NCBI RefSeq assembly: GCF_046119375.1
Contig: NW_027362879.1
Span: 1,984,001 to 2,048,000, forward strand
Origin: Phyllobates terribilis
Lineage: Eukaryota
Direction: 5' to 3'
Length of the DNA: 64,000 nucleotides
In this document: positions 60,108 to 64,000 of the stretch, piece after piece
Position numbering within the stretch: the stretch's first letter is position 1
Layout: every line of letters starts with the position of its first letter
Notes under the pieces: generated by a model
Seen by the model: the letters and a program-made list of their open reading frames with translations, nothing else
Databases searched by the model: none
Told to the model about the DNA's origin: nothing
Position numbers and translations under genes: made by a program

Positions 60108-61861
60108 CTACCCATATATGTGTACATGTAATAAGTTCAATATTTTCTTTGGGTGTTTTCTTTGCTAAGTTCCCTGAGGGGTCTAGTTTCCAAAATGGTT
60201 CACTTGTGGGGGGGTTTCCTCTGTTTAGGCACATCAGAGGCTCCCCAAACGCATTTAGGCTATGTGCCCACGATGCAGAAATACTCCGGATTTTTTCCTG
60301 AGCGTTTCTGCATCTCCCTGGCAGAAAAAACGCATGCGGATTGTACATGCGTTTTTCCTGCCAGGGACAAGCGGATGTGAAGCGTTCTTCACATGCATTT
60401 CCGCATGGGGGTTGTCAAGCGCTTTCCAAGCGATTTTAGCATCACTTGTAAAGTACATGACAATTTCGTCACACTATATAAATCCATGCAACCGGCATGG
60501 ATTTATATATTGTGACTGAAAGAATGGTAAAAAAATAAATATTATACTTACCTTCTGATGGCTCCCGGTTTCCTTGTCTTGGCTTGCCGGCAGCTCGCGG
60601 TAGACTAAAGGACCTGCCGACGTCAGTGGTCGCGTGACCCGTGACTAAATGACGTCACCGCAGGTCCTTAGTCTACCGCGAGCTGCCGGCAAGCTGAGAC
60701 AAGGTCACCGGGGGCCATCAGAAGGTAAGTATAATATTTATTTTTTATTTTATTCTTTTTTTTACAGGTACTATGGTACCCGGGTCCGGAGGAGAGTCTC
60801 CTTTTCTCCAAACCCGAGTACCATCCGCACATTGAAATGCATGGAATCCGCATCTGCAGATGCAGTGATGCGGATTTCATGCATTCCAATGCAAGTCAAT
60901 GGCGACGAAAACGCCGCGCTTCCGCAAAATAATTGGTAGTGCTGCAGCACATGCGGATTATCATTGGGGAACATGGCAGACCTTCTACCAAGCGTTTTTT
61001 AAGCGTTTCTGCTGCGGAATTGCCGTTGCGGAAACGCTTAAAAAACGCATAGTGGGCACAAAGCCTAAAGCAAATTTTAAATTCAAACAGTCAAATGGTA
61101 CTCTTTCCCTTCCGAACCCTGCCTTGTGCCCAAACAGTAGTTTTCCCCCACATATGGGGCATCGACATGTTCAGGAGGAATTGCACAAAAAAATTGAGGT
61201 CCATTTTTTCCTTGCGAAAAGAAAAAGATTGGGGTCTAAAGTAACATTTTTGTGCAAAAAGTTAAACGTTCATTTTTTTCTTCCACATTCCAAAAATTCC
61301 TGTGAAGTACCTGAAGGGTTAATAAACTTCTTGAATGTGGTTTTGAGCACCTTGAGGGGTGCAGTTTTTAAAATGTTATCACTTTTGGGGATTTTCTGTC
61401 ATAAAGGCCCCTCAAAGTCACTTCAAATGTGATGTGGTCCCTAAAATGGATTTTGTAAATTTTGTTGGAAAAATGAGAAATCGCTGGTTAGCCCTTATAA
61501 CTAAAAAAAACATTTGGTTCCAAAATTGTGCTGATGTAAAGTAGACATGTGGGAAATGTTATTTATTAACTATTTTGTGTGACATATCTCTCTGATTTAA
61601 GGGCACGAAAATTCAAATTTTGAAAATTGCAAAATTTTCAAAATTTTTGCCAAATTTCTGATTTTTTTACTAATGAACATAAATGATATCAAATAAATTT
61701 TACCACTATAGTGAAGTACAATATGTCATGAAAAAACAGTCTCAGAATCTGGGGAATCCGTTGAAGTGTTCCAGAGTTATTACCTCATAAAGTGACAGTG
61801 GTCAGAATTGTAAAAATTGGCCTGGTCATTAACGTGCAAACCACCCTCGGGGATAAAGGGG
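60108..61861. mobile_element. Non-autonomous TTAA/piggyBac-like element (one terminus), host of a MITE
   Basis: Ends ataaagggg+TTAA (61862-61865); shares motifs with 43543-44935. Confidence 0.5.
60258..61065. mobile_element. Harbinger-type MITE, same family as 4739-5638
   Basis: ggctatgtgcccacgatgc .. gcatagtgggcacaaagcc; flanks TTA / TAA. Confidence 0.8.
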
Positions 61862-62156
61862 TTAATCAGCTGTGGGGTAGTCGGTGGAGTGGATTCCCTT
61901 TAATAAACACTCACTTAGCCCCATTTTTGGTGCATATACTAATGAATCTAGGATCTATGAGATTTTTACCACGATAGTTGGATAGTTAGCGGCGTATCAT
62001 CCATAGTGGCAGCCCACATGGCCACTATGGTGCCCGTAAAAAACATAGTATTTGAGTTTGGTGTAAGTTGGTATCCATGCAGCACATAAACGCATGTTTA
62101 CAATGGCCATAAATCAGAAAAAATCTACAAGAAGAAAAATTGATCATAAACCCTGC

Positions 62157-62731
62157 TGTTATCATAGGTGTGTCAGAAGTGATAGACAGTCGCCCTGCAG
62201 TTGGTTGCAGAAGATCTCTTCGTCTGGCATTACAGACACCATCTTAGCTGTCTCATTCTAGGACCCAGCGGCTACCTCCCTCCTGCTAATTGACACCCAG
62301 GCTGGGTGTTTAAATACTGGCTGTTGCTAGAGGGAGGTGGCGGTGATATTCACATGACCCCTTGTGAAGGCTTGGAGCAAGTGCAGTTTTTACTTCCTCT
62401 CTGATGCTAAGAGGACGTGTGTGCCATCTCTCTGAAGTCGACTCAAGCTAAGCTACTTCCCCCGTGTCTGTTTCCACTTGCTGTCTTTAGTTATCAGTGG
62501 GGATTAACTAGCGCTTATTCCCCTTCCCTATCTAGGGTGAAGCGATAAGGAAATACAGGGATAGGTTCCTGCGCAGCGATTTGCGAGGAACCAATATAGG
62601 GACGATAGGGGTAGACAGGGTGATTGCAGATCTGCCTAGGATTTCTCCACTTCCCAATTTCCCTAGTGTCTGGGCTCCTTTCCCCTCATCCCTTCTTGTC
62701 GCACTTTGTCTTTCCTACTCTGTGCGTGACA
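62157..62731. mobile_element. Possible solo LTR
   Basis: TGTTATC..CGTGACA termini, central tttaaata; no clean TSD. Confidence 0.4.
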
Positions 62732-63452
62732 GCTGTAAATGAATAAATAAAAAGCAAAAGTGCATTTAAATAAAATAGGGTTCTTAGCAACACTGTTTTT
62801 GATCAAAAATAGCATGAAAGCTATTCCACCATGACAAGGTGAACCCATGCGGGATATTTCTACTCTGTCTAATATTAAAAACCTTACCATCTGTCAAAAC
62901 CTGTATGTGAATCAGACATGAGATCTTAAGTGATAGAAGATTACAGTTCGGTAAAGACGGGAAACCTTCATATAGACGGCCGGTGGTGATGTAGTCAGTG
63001 AAGCACTCTAGCCAAATATGTTTCTAGAGCCGTAGTAGAAGATGAAGATGTCGTCCTCATCATGAAGTAGTTATTTCTCATGTCACATGTAATGGATATC
63101 TCCTGCAGTATTACTAATGCTGATTCCAGTGTCAGTAAATGAGACGAGAATTAACGTTATGGAAGATGAGTCTATGAGAAACGTGTTCAGCTGCAGACTC
63201 CAAGGAAGAAACTGCTTGTTGTCTGTGGTCTAAAATATATAGGTTTTATTATTAGATGTAAAGCAGAAAACTACTGTAAAATAATAAATCTCCTCATATA
63301 TTTCTCCTTATTATCTCTAGCAATTGTATTTTTACACATGTTTTTATGATGCTAAATAAGCTCATCATCTTCTCATTCAAGTGCCTACAAAATCAGATCC
63401 TCTCAGTGAAGATCTTCAATTTAAGAAAATTTTCCTTATTGACCCATCAAAG

Positions 63453-64000
63453 ATGGATATGGACAGAGACAAGATGGCAGAGAGGATATTACACCTCACC
63501 CTAGAGATCCTCTTCCGACTTACTGGAGAGGTGAGAGATTCTGATGACGTCACATTACATCATTCTTATCTATGGGAATAACAGATGGACAGAACTGGAG
63601 AGGTGAGGACTCTGGAAATGTCTGGAGTGAGATTTATTAATGTGTCTCTCCATAACCAGGATTACACAGTAGTGAAGAAGACCTCTAGTGAGCGCTGTCA
63701 GGTCCCTGAGTCTGAGGGATGGGAAAGACTCCTGAGCCCAATCACAGGGCCTCCATCTCGCCCCCTGATACATGAGGACATCAATGACCAGAAGATACTA
63801 GAACTCACCTACAAGATGATTGAGCTGCTGACTGGAGAGGTGACACTGCTGGGAATGCTGGGACATTATACAGTAACGCTATGAAGGGATCGAGTGGTGA
63901 TGGTATCATTGTATGTGTCAGGTTCCTATAAGGTGTCAGGATGTCGCTGTCTATTTCTCCATGGAGGAGTGGGAGTATTTAAAAGGACACAAAGATATAT
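63453..64000 (+). CDS. ZNF gene C, N-terminal exons (partial; open so far)
   Basis: join(63453..63530,63660..63839,63922..>64000): [15 protein letters not shown].., [13 protein letters not shown].., [25 protein letters not shown]. Confidence 0.88.

Larger units (their letters stand above)
56010..64000 (+). repeat. Segmental duplication unit C (3' end outside window)
   Basis: Same start sequence, 52-bp satellite, Penelope copy and ZNF exons 2-4; the middle of intron 1 is replaced by different TEs. Confidence 0.85.

Noticed and set aside
61925-61950. Short resemblance to the U6 snRNA 5' end (catatactaa)
   Set aside because: Only about 10 nt match; the rest of U6 is absent.

Overview
This is vertebrate, almost certainly anuran (frog), genomic DNA; the taxon is inferred from the XlCOF/XlCGF-type zinc-finger genes and the TE spectrum. 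The window holds a tandem segmental triplication: unit A <1-33269, unit B 33270-56009, unit C 56010->64000. Each unit carries one + strand C2H2 zinc-finger gene with a FAX/KRAB-A-like N-terminus. Gene A is intact (6 coding exons, 783 aa, 17 fingers). Gene B is a pseudogene (acceptor/exon deletion, nonsense codon, frameshift, 6 fingers). Gene C is cut off by the window edge. The rest is nested TE debris, much of it readable as filled versus empty sites between paralogous units: Penelope-like elements (two with hammerhead-ribozyme-like motifs), a DIRS1-type YR retrotransposon with intact ITR/ICR, a self-priming chromovirus (provirus in A, solo LTR in B) whose U3 carries an expanded CpG-rich 30-bp minisatellite, Tc1 families including a Sleeping Beauty-like one, a mariner deletion derivative, Harbinger-type MITEs, L1 and CR1 fragments, and a 52-bp minisatellite. 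I found no prokaryotic features, CRISPR, rRNA or tRNA. The very long repetitive ORFs at 30.5-33.4 kb and 55-56 kb are minisatellite artefacts. I found no clearly new biological system. The best leads are (i) the LTR/CpG-VNTR lying head-to-head with each putative ZNF promoter, (ii) the hammerhead motifs, (iii) an unidentified 774-bp insertion with a 14-bp TSD, and (iv) a solo LTR placed to drive a truncated SB-like DNA-binding domain. All similarities were judged by eye; degenerate-repeat boundaries are approximate.
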